From Adineta vaga (Eukaryota > Animalia > Rotifera), in assembly GCA_021613535.1 (NCBI GenBank), contig CP075492.1, forward strand, positions 3,844,001 to 3,908,000: a DNA stretch of 64,000 bases. The letters run 5' to 3'. Positions within the stretch are counted from its first letter, which is position 1; every line of letters begins with the position of its first letter. Below the pieces are notes generated by a model. The model worked only from the letters and a program-made list of their open reading frames with translations. It was not told the DNA's origin and ran no database searches. Shown here in pieces: positions 12,146-24,556 of this stretch. A program made the position numbers and the translations under genes.

Positions 12146-12923
12146 TGTAGAAGAATTGGTCGAAGGCAAAATGTTGGTAAGAAGTTTTGGTATATGAAGT
12201 TATTCTAACTAGAACGCATCGCTTATATAGATGAACGATCACCCATTCAATAGTCATTGTTTAATTGGTTAACCCTCGAAATAAGAAGATGATTACATGA
12301 TATCATCTCTCTCTTTCATTATTTGTTTTTGTTCTACATAGTACTATTTCGTATGACGATGATGATGATGATATCATATTATCGAGAATAGTTAAAGAAC
12401 TATGAACGAAATGCCATTCGCCTATTTATCAAAATCAATATAAACCAATAGAACGGAGTGACCTTGTTATCTTTAGATTTTAAGTTGAATAAAACATACT
12501 AGGACGATAACGATTTAGTTGAAATTTGTTTCTGTATTCTATAGTATAAACACGTCATTTTCTAATCGAGACTTTTCTCTTCTCTTTCTTTATTCGAATT
12601 CGAGCATGTTCACAGAACGATTCATTATCCAGTCGATAAAATAACTATTTCAAAATTCGTTCTTACGAAATCAATGTTTTTTTTCATCATTTCAAGAATT
12701 TATCTTAGCAGTATATCTATCGATGAGAGGAAATGTATGTTTTCTTTTCTTTTCTGATCTTAAGTCACTTGATATTCTATTGGATAATCACAAATTTTGT
12801 TACAGTAGAAAAATTTCACTTGTGACCTCGTATCTTGTTCACTCTCATATGACATCACTGATAATCCATTCTTTTAAGGAAGAACGGAAAGAGAGAGATA
12901 TTACATTTTATACCAAAACTATG

Positions 12924-12966
12924 TCTTCTACAATGAATAAAGCTGTAACATATATTCTTTTTGTTG
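12924..12966 (+). pseudogene. Truncated inverted copy of the knottin gene's 5' end
   Basis: tcttctacaatgaataaagctgtaacatatattctttttgttg nearly matches the reverse complement of ~12112-12154. It encodes MNKAVTYILFVD*. Confidence 0.75.
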
Positions 12967-13192
12967 ATTAATAATTAAAACAATATCTATATTAGGAATA
13001 AAATAATCTATATATGATTTTCTTTTGCATTGCCATAAGAAATCAAAATTCCATAAAGAAAAGATTCGTGGTGCAAATTTCGAAATAAGAATGAAGAAGA
13101 AGAAGGAGGAAAAAAACTTGGATTTCTTCTACACGTGCCGATAAAAGAGTATAATACATGTGATGTTAAAAACGAGAATTTTCTTCTTCCAA

Positions 13193-14869
13193 ATGAATAA
13201 AATGAAGTTCGAATGTTTACCAAATGAAACTCTCATCGAATTTTTTCATTATTTATCTTCCGTAGATATTTTTTATTCATTCGATCAACTCAATCATCGA
13301 TTTTCGAAACTTATTCGAGCACTTCGATTACATCTCGATTTTCGTCATGTTCCCAAATCAATATTCGATCGATTTTGTCAACAAATACACTCCGATTTAC
13401 ACATCCAAACACAAATTCATGCATTATATCTATCCAATCATCACACACCTGGTCAAATTCAAACATTTTTATGTCAATTTTCACTTCGAATATTTCTCAA
13501 TCTTCAGTTTTTATCTTTAACTGAAGTTCGAATACATAATATAAACAAACTTCAATCAATACCACAACTAACTTTCTTACATCTTGAAAGTACTTCCTAT
13601 GATAATGAAATCATTTCTGCATTACAATTATCTCAATTACGAAAACTCTCATTATCAAATCAAACTTTAGAATTTCGAATAAACAAGTATGTCTTATCAT
13701 TAACACATTTAACTATATCTTCATATTCATTATATGATTTATATCATGTTATTAAATCTCTTCCAAACTTACGATATTTAAATGCTCGAATTTCAACCAC
13801 ATTTTCCAATAGACGATTAACAAACGATTTGGATCATCATTCTTGTATTCATTTAAAGACACTCATTCTAAATCATTCGAACTATGATTTTCATCAATTT
13901 GAAATCTTTTTCCAAATCATACCTAATCTAAGACATTTAACAATCATTCATAATCAGAATTCGATTGATATCGATCAATGCCAACAATTGATTATAAATT
14001 CTTTCAACCAATTGAAAACTTTTCAATTTATATTCATCGTCAAAACTATGAATAACGATTGTACAATACAACATCGTTGGTGTAGTGAATATATTTGTGG
14101 AAGAGATTTTATATATATTTATACAATTCCATATCCATCAAATCAGTTTATATTATCATCCGAATTGATTCGATATCGAAATGAATTAAAAATGGAAACT
14201 GGTCATGTATTCGATCAAGTTACTGAATTAACTTTATATATGAACGTACAACAAAAAACGAATCACTTCTATTTTCGTCATATTCAATCGCTAATTCTAA
14301 AAGGTTCATTTATTCACGGAACAGATGATGAAATATGGATACAAAAACAAGAATTTATTAATTCATTAGAATCTATGATAAATTTCACTTATCTGAAACA
14401 TATTACTTTAGACCAAGTCTCTTCAGATTTATCATTTGTTTTATTAGAAATCTTTCGACGAGCACCACAACTTTCAACATTAAAATTGAATCCACAAATT
14501 TTAATGATGTTAATTAAGGATCAGAAATTATGTCAATATTTCAACGAATATATTAAAGAATTGAATGTATCTATTTGTTTGTATCCCTTATATATTGGAA
14601 CAAAGGAAATGAAACAAATATGTTCGATTTTTTCGAATCTTAACGAATTGAATTGTGCGGCTAAAAATGTGGATGAAATTTTGTTGATTCTCAAATCTTT
14701 ATCAAAATTAACAAAATTAGAAGTACAATTGGAAATTTCAGATATTGGAGAATTTTTATTATCTGAAGTGAAAAAACAAAGTGAAGAAATGAAAATAACA
14801 TTTACAATCGAATATAAAAATGAAGAAAAGGAAGTGATGTGTTTTGGTATTGATAGAAAACTTGCCTGA
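13193..14869 (+). CDS. F-box / LRR-like protein (intronless)
   Basis: N-terminal F-box FECLPNETLIEFFHYLSSVDIFYSFDQLNHRFSKLI, followed by LxxLxL repeats and a YTIPYP motif shared with the paralog at 22633-24345. Confidence 0.8.
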   Translation: MNKMKFECLPNETLIEFFHYLSSVDIFYSFDQLNHRFSKLIRALRLHLDFRHVPKSIFDRFCQQIHSDLHIQTQIHALYLSNHHTPGQIQTFLCQFSLRIFLNLQFLSLTEVRIHNINKLQSIPQLTFLHLESTSYDNEIISALQLSQLRKLSLSNQTLEFRINKYVLSLTHLTISSYSLYDLYHVIKSLPNLRYLNARISTTFSNRRLTNDLDHHSCIHLKTLILNHSNYDFHQFEIFFQIIPNLRHLTIIHNQNSIDIDQCQQLIINSFNQLKTFQFIFIVKTMNNDCTIQHRWCSEYICGRDFIYIYTIPYPSNQFILSSELIRYRNELKMETGHVFDQVTELTLYMNVQQKTNHFYFRHIQSLILKGSFIHGTDDEIWIQKQEFINSLESMINFTYLKHITLDQVSSDLSFVLLEIFRRAPQLSTLKLNPQILMMLIKDQKLCQYFNEYIKELNVSICLYPLYIGTKEMKQICSIFSNLNELNCAAKNVDEILLILKSLSKLTKLEVQLEISDIGEFLLSEVKKQSEEMKITFTIEYKNEEKEVMCFGIDRKLA

Positions 14870-17328
14870 AATTGTTAAATGATAACAAACCAGTCTGAAT
14901 TTCGTATGAATATGTTCAAAGTTTCGGTGTTTTTTCAACAATATATGTTACAATAAATGAATTATAAGCAATGATTTTCAATATGTGAACTGATTAAAAA
15001 CTTGATTTTTCTCTACAGTTGATCGTTTGATATCGAAATAGTTTTTGTTTGGCCTTGTAATCTATATGTAAAATCGAAGTGTTGATTAAATCTCTTAATA
15101 TACTCTTATCTTGTAAATGACAAACACTTTTTCGCAGAATGAAGATTTTTCATTCAGTAGATTAATGGTACTATCACAGCGTACATATAAAATAGATCGC
15201 TTTCGTTGACTTTATCAGTTGTTCTATTCAGAAGGATTGATATCATACTGCTGCAAGCTGCTATTGTTCTGTTTTCCGTTGGTTTTTGTGTTATGAAAGC
15301 ATTCGATCCTGTTACAAGAATCCAATCCCAAAACATCCAGAAGTGACGGCTTGTCGCTTGGCAAACAATCCGAGTGACATTGTGGAATTGGTATCAATCT
15401 GCAGTGTGCAAACAAGTCTGTGACATAGCAGCTGGATGTGCGGGTCAGTGCGGATAGGTGGAAATGTTTAACAAGCCAACCAAAATTATGTGGAAAAGTT
15501 GATGACGGAAGTAGTATGCTTATCATATACAATATTACCAAATCCGTGCTATCGATTGGTTCTCTGATCATAGGTCGTCGACGGATTCGATACAATGACG
15601 GATTGGATTAATGGATAGAAAAATATGCTTCTGTTTTTGAATGTGAATCCTACCTTTCTCCTTTCCATTGACTTTATCTTAGTATTCCGTAATTACTGAT
15701 TCATAAAATTCACTACTGGAAACCAGATTGAAAGTAACAAATGAAATTCGTAGATGTCGTTTGAATAATATTTACAAAAACTAAAATATGACTTTATGAA
15801 ATATGATTCAAAATCTAATGATAATATTTGGAATAGAAGAGATATAATCAATGTAATATATTGAACTAGGACTTTTTTTTGAAGAATTTCTTCAGTGAAA
15901 ATGATCAATTTTAAAAGACTACTAACGGTATCAACAAAAAGTAACATGGGTCCTCCATATTGATAAAGAGATTTTGTGATTAATTTTAATAATATATAAG
16001 TGAATCGATAGATGCAGACATGATGAAGAATCTCTAGTTCTGTATAGTAGAGAAAATTTGTTCTTGATTTACTGACTAATTTTAATGAATTTATCCGAAG
16101 TGAAAAATTAACATTAGATTTTAGAGTACTTAGTTTTTCATGAATGTTTTTGCGATATAAGAAAAGAATTCTTTTGAATTGTTTATAATATTCACTTTGA
16201 TTTATTATTTGTAGCTGTTTTTTTTATTGATAGGCGAAGAACGAGAAAATAATAGTTGTAAAATTTAACATCCCTTTTGAATTCTAAATGAAAAAATTTT
16301 ATATAAAGACTGATGACGACATTCTATTACTTATTTCACTAGAAGTTACATTTCATCATGTTTTTTATATAAGCGAAGTTCCATAATGGAATTAGTTTAT
16401 ACAGAAATATATAGCGTTCGATATCAATCATTAGAAACTGTTTGAATTGTTTGTCCTATGAAGATCGACTGTGATACTGGGTTCGATACTAAATCTTGAA
16501 CTCCAGTTGAATGTAGAAGAGAGCCGATATTCCATGCACAGATTGAATTCAAGCAGCAATTGAATGAGGTATTATATCCAAAGGCTCAAATCTCACAAGC
16601 ATCAAAACTTGTAATAAAGCATATTTAACCACCACATATGCAGCAGCAAACCAACCTGAATAGAACGGTTGATTACGTGCTGTACGACATTGAATAGTTT
16701 TATGTTGAAGAAGTAAATGAATACCGGCTGAAATAGTAAAAGCAATGGTGAAACTACGCTTTCTTTCATTTCCTCGCATATCACAAATTCTATCGTTCCT
16801 ATGCAAAACACTCGCTTATAAACTCAAATAGCAGGGACAATAAAAGAATGTATACGGAACGAATATTAAATAAAAGTCTGCATGTAGTAAACCCTTTTCC
16901 ATAACAGAAGCTCCCGAAGACGTATAAACTATCATTAGCCTGGAATGATTTTAGATGTATAAAAAGATTTTACGAGAGATAATATAAGAAAATGAATCGC
17001 ATTCTTACCGAGAAACGTTGATTTTCGACGGTTTGATGATAAAATCACTGATAAAAATTTTCAAACCAAAAGGGCTTTTAATATATCTTTTCATCTTTTT
17101 TAGTTCCACGGGGGGAACTTCTATCATGAGGAGAAGTTTACGGATAAAAGGAAAATAATATTACAGGATATGAAGAGAAGTAAGAATAGAAAGAGTATCA
17201 TTACATTTTACAGTAAGAAGATTAGCAATTATTATACTCTTTTGTTATCAATTTGTTTCGTCAATAAAATAATTAAAACTAGCATTATAGCTCGTGAAAT
17301 TTTTAATTCTGTTTATTAACAAAAAAAA

Positions 17329-18535
17329 TCAATTATCTGAAATAATAATTGTTTGTTCAGTTTGTTCAACAATTGTACTAATTAATACTTGATATTCTTC
17401 AACAGCATCAACTTCAGCAATACAATTAAGTGAATAAAAGACACATCGTAAAGCTTGACTAAAACGGAAAACTGCATGTTGATGACTATGTTTATAAACC
17501 ATATATCTCCATAATAATTCGATATAAGTATCTTGAATACGCAGAATTGTTTTTCTATTCACAAAATTCTCATCTATACTCACACTAAAATTTGTATAAT
17601 CTGTCGTAGAAAATGATAAAATAGCAATTAATAATTTAACAAATGTCATATCGTCATCAAGTGTATTCTTCATACCAACGAGACCTTTGGTAACACATAA
17701 TCCAAAGATAATTTCATTCATGTGAAGAAATAATGGATCATAAAGTAAATTCGTATAATGTAAGACAACTAATCCAGCAATACTTGACACATTTTTAACT
17801 GTTTTATGTACTAATGTACATTGATCTTGTAAACATAGAGATAAAAAATCCTTATTTTTTCCATGTCTTTGTTGAATCTCTGTATAAATTGATGTATAGA
17901 GTTCAGTAACAGCATCTGATTTATAACGTAATCGAACAGGTAAACTATTTTGTTCAATAACGAATGTTTGAGCAATTGAAAGTGGACCGTTTTCATCATA
18001 ACAATGAATTAAATTCGAAATATGATTCCATTGATCGATAGATAATGTTGATTGATCAGATTGTAAAAGATTTACTGTTGGAATCTAAAATAAATTCGAA
18101 ACAATTGATCGTCATTTATCGATATTTTTTCGTACTAAAATATTTGATATGACTATTGGTGTTGATGGAATGATTTTCATCTTGTTTTGTTTCGATAATG
18201 AACATCGAATTAATTCAATTTGCATTCCATTAACAAAACATTTTCTCAATCGACATGCCGAACATAAATGACGAGTTTGAATATTTATATGACAATTATT
18301 ATTAAAATCACATTTGAAAAGTTCCTTACAAAAGAAAATAATCTATGAATTATCTTTGAAAGAATAATTCACGTTTATTTACTTGTCCTTTCTTTCCATT
18401 CCGTCGGAAAAACATTTTACATGCAGAACATGTCATCGTGCCATAGTTGGAATGTTCAGCATAGTCTCCACAAATTCGACATTCGTGTAGAAAAGTTGTC
18501 GAATTTAAAGATAAAATATTAGATGTTGTTGTCAT
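17329..18535 (-). CDS. Nuclear hormone receptor (C4 zinc fingers + ligand-binding domain), 3 exons
   Basis: CRICGDYAEHSNYGTMTCSACKMFFRR | CDFNNNCHINIQTRHLCSACRLRKCFVNGM | an LBD-like helical region ending EQTEQTIIISDN*. The third exon is open from ~18085 to 17329. Confidence 0.88.
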
Positions 18536-18611
18536 TGTTAACGTTTACTTGATTTTATAGGAGATAAATCCTACACAAAACGTGGATGTCGATTTATAAA
18601 TAGAAACAGAA

Positions 18612-18758
18612 ATGAAATGTTTTTTTTTCACCGTCTAATGGAGAAGAAATGACAGAATTGAAATGTTTTTTTGCCCTCTTATAGAGAAAAAAATGTTAGC
18701 TATAAAATGTTTTTTCGCCCTCTACCGGAGAAGAAATGATATAGAAAGAAAATGTTTC
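18612..18758. repeat. Degenerate ~45-bp tandem repeat (about 3 copies) upstream of the nuclear receptor
   Basis: Units resemble aaatgttttt(t)cgccctctanyggagaagaaatga, repeated at ~18616, ~18661 and ~18705, with a partial unit at ~18750. Confidence 0.65.
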
Positions 18759-18953
18759 ATTCGAAGCGATGCATTATTCTACTTATGTTATACAGAATAG
18801 AAAGAAAACGTCATGTACTCAGCTATTTGGTCCACTCAGTTTCAATTTATCGTATAGTGACTACATACAATGGACTTGAACAACCTTTATGTTTGAAAAA
18901 AATATTCATTTTAATTTGACAGAAGAAAATGTCAGTATAGAACAATAATATTA

Positions 18954-20302
18954 TTAAGTTCGTCTACGATACCAGATAAATTGTAATTGATCGATGAGTA
19001 TTCCACATTTTCCTTTTACATAACCTATTGTAAATCCATCGAATTCTTCACTAAATTTTTCATCGGAAGGTTCGCCGAATAATGGACTTTGTCGTCCTGT
19101 TGCTGTGGTAAACTGCAATCCTGTTACGACTACAATATTATGTTCCGTCTCATCACTCATCTGGACCATCTGATGAGCCAAATATCCTTCAACTTTGACG
19201 AATCTTTCCCATTCATCTAATATAAATCTTTTTGATTTCTCAAACGATCGTATTTCGTCACCTCGAATCGGACCATAGGTAATGTTTTTATTGTCATTAG
19301 AATATGAGTAAATAAATTGAATAGATGTTAAAATATCATCGCCATCAATTTCTCCATAGATTCCACGAAGATACGAAGAACATGTGAAGTTATTCGATGT
19401 TGAATCATCGAAAGAACCACCACCTGATCCACCGAATTTATTACCAATGAGTCTGATTGTTCTCTCAAAGAAAACAAAAAGCAACAAGTTTTTCAATTGA
19501 AATTTTCATAAACAAGATCTAACGTTTTTCATTATTTAACTCAGATATTTTATTCATTTTCCAGATTAAAAGACTTGCTAATATTCCAATTGCCACCAAC
19601 GATAAAAGTACATAGAATAAAATAAAAATACATACCAATGAAGATTTATTCAATTTTGATCGATTTAATGATGATTTATCGTGATCACTTATCGTATTAT
19701 TTAATAAAGAAATATTTGTTTCGTCATTTATATTACGAGCATTATTGCTACGAGAACTGTTTTCTTGACTAGCAATAGGTGCATTATATATATCTAAAAT
19801 TTCGATCGATTGAGAAGCAAATTAAGAATTAGGTTTACTCACTATTATTTATAATAGTTACATCGTGTTCCTCTTCTTCTGAATCTCGAGGAATATCCGG
19901 TAAAAATCGACCTTGTATCAGTGGCATTATTGATACTAAACTTTGAATCGATTGATGTAAACCATTGGATTCTAGTTGTTCTCTGTATTCTATAGAAATA
20001 TGCTCATATTAAAAAGAAAGTGATATTTCGATGAAGGAAAAGATGAGACCTCTCAACAGTTGAGCAGCATCGATACATTCAATTTCTTCAAATGCTTCGA
20101 TCAGAAAAGTAAAGTCTTTTTCATTAATTTTATCTTGATCAAAAAGAGATTCCATAAGAGTAAGTGTCCCATTAAGTGACTTATCATCTCTTATTCGTCG
20201 AGGAACATTGTTACCCATAAAGAAATGAAAACGTTGTCGATCTGCATCACTTAGACGAGCATCGAGTTTTAGAATGACGCTACGTAATCGATATTGATTC
20301 AT
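18954..20302 (-). CDS. Type II membrane receptor: DED - TM - jacalin-like lectin
   Basis: Exons 20302-20050, 19989-19843 and 19793-~19524 are joined by phase-1 introns (60, 49 nt). The TM segment is LVCIFILFYVLLSLVAIGILASLLIW. The jacalin domain reads GNKFGGSGGGSFDD...TGLQFTT...GKCGILIDQLQFIW. The last splice junction is ambiguous by one nucleotide. Confidence 0.75.
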
Positions 20303-21020
20303 AGATATAAATTTGTCAAAACCGAGATCAGTTTCGATTTTAATTCAAATAAATCTTCGTTACAAGATAAACGCGAGACGAGTAGCGAATGAAAAATCAA
20401 GTATGATTTCGTCTGCCTTCATATTACTATAAACGCATTACGAATTGGAAGAGTTTCCTTATCAGTAATGTTGTGTTCCTCGTGATTCTTCTTTTCGTTA
20501 TTCGTCCAACTTCACAATAATATTCCCTTAAATACCCATCAAGACGGAACGGAAGACAGAACAAGTCTAAACGTGATACAATGTGTAGAATAAAGAGAAA
20601 TACATATTCTTATGGTAGAAGAGATAACGGCTTCCATAACAAGTAACTTTTTCTTTTATCTCATTATATAGTAAAAACAAAATTTAGTTCTAAGATGTTG
20701 ATTAGACCATAACTTGGTAGCGTCGTCGCGAGTGAAGGTGAACGATAAAACAAATCTTATTTACATTAAATCAGTTCCATATGAGTGAAAACAAAACCTC
20801 AACATTACATAGATCATTAACAACTTGATATGTTGGCAGAGAGAACGTCATAGTCATGGCTCTATTGGTATTAAATCAATACACGTAGAAATAGTCAAAT
20901 AAAATACGTCAATGTGTAATCTGATATTCTGTAATGGAAGTTTTCTTATTTTTTCCTATTATAACATTCACTATGTATTAATAACGTGTTTTCTCATCAT
21001 TCTCTTCGGTCAATCGTCAA

Positions 21021-22506
21021 ATGGCAGGTGCTCACAAATCAAATTCTCGTCGACGGCAATCTCAACTGAACATCGTCTATCCGAACCAACAACTTCACCA
21101 CCGAAAAGAGAATGTTCAATGGTTATTCAAATCATTCAACTCATCTCTACTATACTCGTTCCATTAATGATTGGTTCATTTGCCATTGTAACAACGCTTC
21201 AAGAATCAAATAGTGCTCAGTTACAACGGCAAGCCGAGATCATCAAAATGGAACGACAAGCACAACTACAAGAAGATGCTGAAAAACGACAAGGAGATAA
21301 AGAAATTATTCAAAGACATGAACAATAATTAATCGATAAATTCAATGCAAAAGAACTTCGAATGCAACATATTTACGACACATTCATGAATGATATATCC
21401 TTCATCGTTATTAATGATAATATCAATTTAATAATGTCAGAAATTCTCTTTGCCCGAGCGAAAACTTCTTTAACATTGGATCAATTAGATGCAAAACGAA
21501 AATGGTATTTGATCAAATTTCTATATGATAGTCAACTTTTATATGATAAAAAGCTCGGTATGAAATATATTGATTTATCTGGAGTTGATCTATCGGATGA
21601 TTATACGAATTGTGATTTGAGTGAATCATATTTTCAAGGTCTACATATAGCAACATCTGTAATATTTCATGGTATTTTAATAATTGTCTTTTGTTTGGTG
21701 TTACAATTGAAAAGAATCGATTTAAAAATGTTGATCTTCAACAATCATATTTTGATGATATGTCTGATTCTAGAACTCTTCAATTGACTCGTATTAACCT
21801 AATTGGTTCAAATTTAAATATAGCAAATGATAAAATCACTCGACTTACTGATTCTTTTTTACCAAATGGAACATTTAAAACATCATTTATACCATTTGGA
21901 ATGATTTTAATTGAAAATGGTGATGCAGAACAAGGTAAATGCTATCATTTTCATTTGAATTTAACAACAAATGTACCATCAGGATGGAAAACACGATCGG
22001 GTGATGTATCACAAATTTTTTATAATAACAGTAAAAGTATTGATGATAAAAATGCATCTGTTTTCTTTGGTGGAATTCTTCCAACGAATTCTAACGAGAA
22101 TAATTTACGTCAAGAAATCAATATTCAATAATTATCTGTTTTAATTAATACACGTCAAGCTAGATGTGAAGCAAGTGTTTATTTAGGTGGATTTGCCGAT
22201 GAACAAAGTTCAACTTCATTGAAAATTAGTTTTAAAAATACAAAAAATAAAATTGAATATATTGTTCTTGGTTCGTAAAATTTTCTTAAAGATTATTTTC
22301 CATTATTCTTTTTCATTTCTATAGGTCCAATAAATAATAATGATCGACACAATCAGACAACTTTACTCTATTGTTCATACAATGCAACAATTCCAAATGA
22401 TAGAATATTGATTGATTTTGAACTGAAATTTCATCGTCAAAAATCTCAAAATGGTTTAAGATTAGGAATGGCTGATAATTTAAAATTTATCATTCAACAA
22501 AAATAA
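21021..22506 (+). pseudogene. Disrupted TM + pentapeptide-repeat protein with C-terminal beta-sandwich domain
   Basis: TM segment IIQLISTILVPLMIGSFAIV, motif ARAKTSLTLDQLDAKRKWYLIKFLYDSQL, and repeats DLSGVDLSD/CDLSES. There are in-frame stops (21326, 22129) and frameshifts. Confidence 0.7.
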
Positions 22507-22632
22507 TCTGATATCCATAAAACTGTAGAAGGATAATAGAATGAATAAATCACAATTGTAAGACATTTATTTTCCGTTCATATAATTAGTAAAAACACGG
22601 GTCTTCAATAAACATGTCTATTTATTATATAT

Positions 22633-24345
22633 TCATTGAATATTTCGATGAATCCAAAAACATAATTGTTTACTTTCATCTGAATATTCAAATGAATATG
22701 ATGTTAGAAGACTTTCATTTATTGCGTTCAATTTTGATAGTAAATAATCGTGATGAATCCTGGATATTTGATATATGTTCAATACTCTCAGTTTTGTTAA
22801 CGAACTAAAAATACTTATTACTTGATGAAAATTTTCAAAGGGACATTCTAGTTCGATAAGATTTGAAAATATTGAACAAAATCGTTCCACATCATCAACC
22901 GTACTATGCGGAGATGCACCTATGAATACTTTTGTAATCATTTGATTTACATATTGACATAATTCATGATTATCGAAGAATGATAATACCATTTGTTGTT
23001 TAATAGTTAATGATGACAGCTGTGGGGATCGTCGAAAGATTTCTAAAAGAATACATAACATGTCGGGATAATCACGAGAAAAGATGTGAAGATGTTTGAG
23101 ATTAGAGAAATTCATCATTGTGTCTAAAGATTCGATGAATTCGTGTATTTGTCTCGATTTATAACCGGAACGAAGCAGTAGCACCATTCATTACTGTTAA
23201 GGTTTCAATGTTATGAAAATAGAACTCATAATCAGTTATTATCGGATAGTTCCATAAAACTAATTGTGTAACTTTATCAAAAACATTAACTTTCTTCTCC
23301 ATTTGATTCGAATATCTAATTAAATGTGGTGATAATGCTAATTTCTTTAATGGATATGGAATTGTATAAATTTTTGTTTGAGTTTGAGTATAAATACATT
23401 CTGTATACCAGTGATGTTCATTTATCCAAAAATCACTCTGAAAATCTTTATACTGATTTATTATATTATCAAAGAAGGATTCATTAGACCAGCCAAATTG
23501 AAATTTGAAAACATGTAGTTGAGTTAATGATGTTGTGATGAATCGTTGCCAACGATTTGCATCAATAAATTCTTGGTTACTAATTGCAACGATCATTAGA
23601 TTTTTAACATTAGGCATGTGTTTGAGAAAGTCTTCTAACTCATCAAATACACATGTAATTTCATTAATAATCAATCTTTTCAAGCGAAGATTGTAGAACT
23701 CATCTTCTTGATTCATTAATGTATCATTATTTACCGAAATATTTTTAACAGCTAAATATTCTAACAATGGATTATATTTTAAAGGTGATATAATGCGCTC
23801 ATTCGACAGTCACAAAGTGTGAGATATCTGAGTGATCGCATTTGATCTTGTGTAGTTAATATCGCAACTGGTGTTCTTAATGTTAGTGTATGTAAAAGAG
23901 ATAATGGCAGTACAGAAATAATTTCATCTATTTCAATATCAGTTTCATTCAGATGAAACGAAGATAGTTTTGATAGGAGTGGTAACATTGATTTCAGTTG
24001 TGAGACATTTCCACTTCGAATTTTAGTCAATGATAATGAACGAAGATTTGGAAATTGTTCAAACGAAAATAAAGATAAAAACAGTTTGATTTGACCAGCA
24101 GTTCGTTCATTGGATAAATGTAATGAAAGAATTTGTGATCTGATTTCGGAATTTGACAACATTATTTGACAAAATCGATCGAATATTGATTTATGAACAT
24201 AATGAAAACTAAGATTTAATGGACAAGTTCGAATAAGTTTCGAAAATCGAAGATTGAGTTGACCGAATGATTGAAAGAGTTCAAGTGCATCGAAATATTG
24301 GAAACATTCGAGAAGAATTTCGTTTGGGAAATATTCGAAGTTCAT
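22633..24345 (-). pseudogene. F-box/LRR-like gene with two frameshifts (pseudogene or assembly errors)
   Basis: Three consecutive ORFs in shifted frames are colinear with the 13193-14869 paralog (FEYFPNEILLECFQY, GQIKLFLSLF, YTIPYP, LLEIFRRSPQLS). The shifts lie near 23780 and 23170. Confidence 0.75.
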
Positions 24346-24556
24346 TTTTATGCTCTATATATTTACGTTGTTTTTATTGCATATTATGTTAGAGAACATG
24401 GTTGTGTAACATGAAATTTAGAATGACTCATGGATATTTTATTTAATTGGACTGTTTTTTTATCGAATAACGTCTTTTAAACAAACATAATATTTTACTG
24501 CTTTTTATTTTCAAGATCATATCATTTATTTTTACATATAGAATAGATTACAGCTG

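Noticed and set aside
15150-15600. GC-richer patch with ORFs 15224-15595 and 15154-15336
   Set aside because: No recognisable motif or consistent splice model in any frame. It may be an old relic, but I cannot support a call.
16400-17050. Possible spliced or decayed membrane-protein gene on the minus strand
   Set aside because: Splice-like signals exist, but no frame-consistent model or family could be built.
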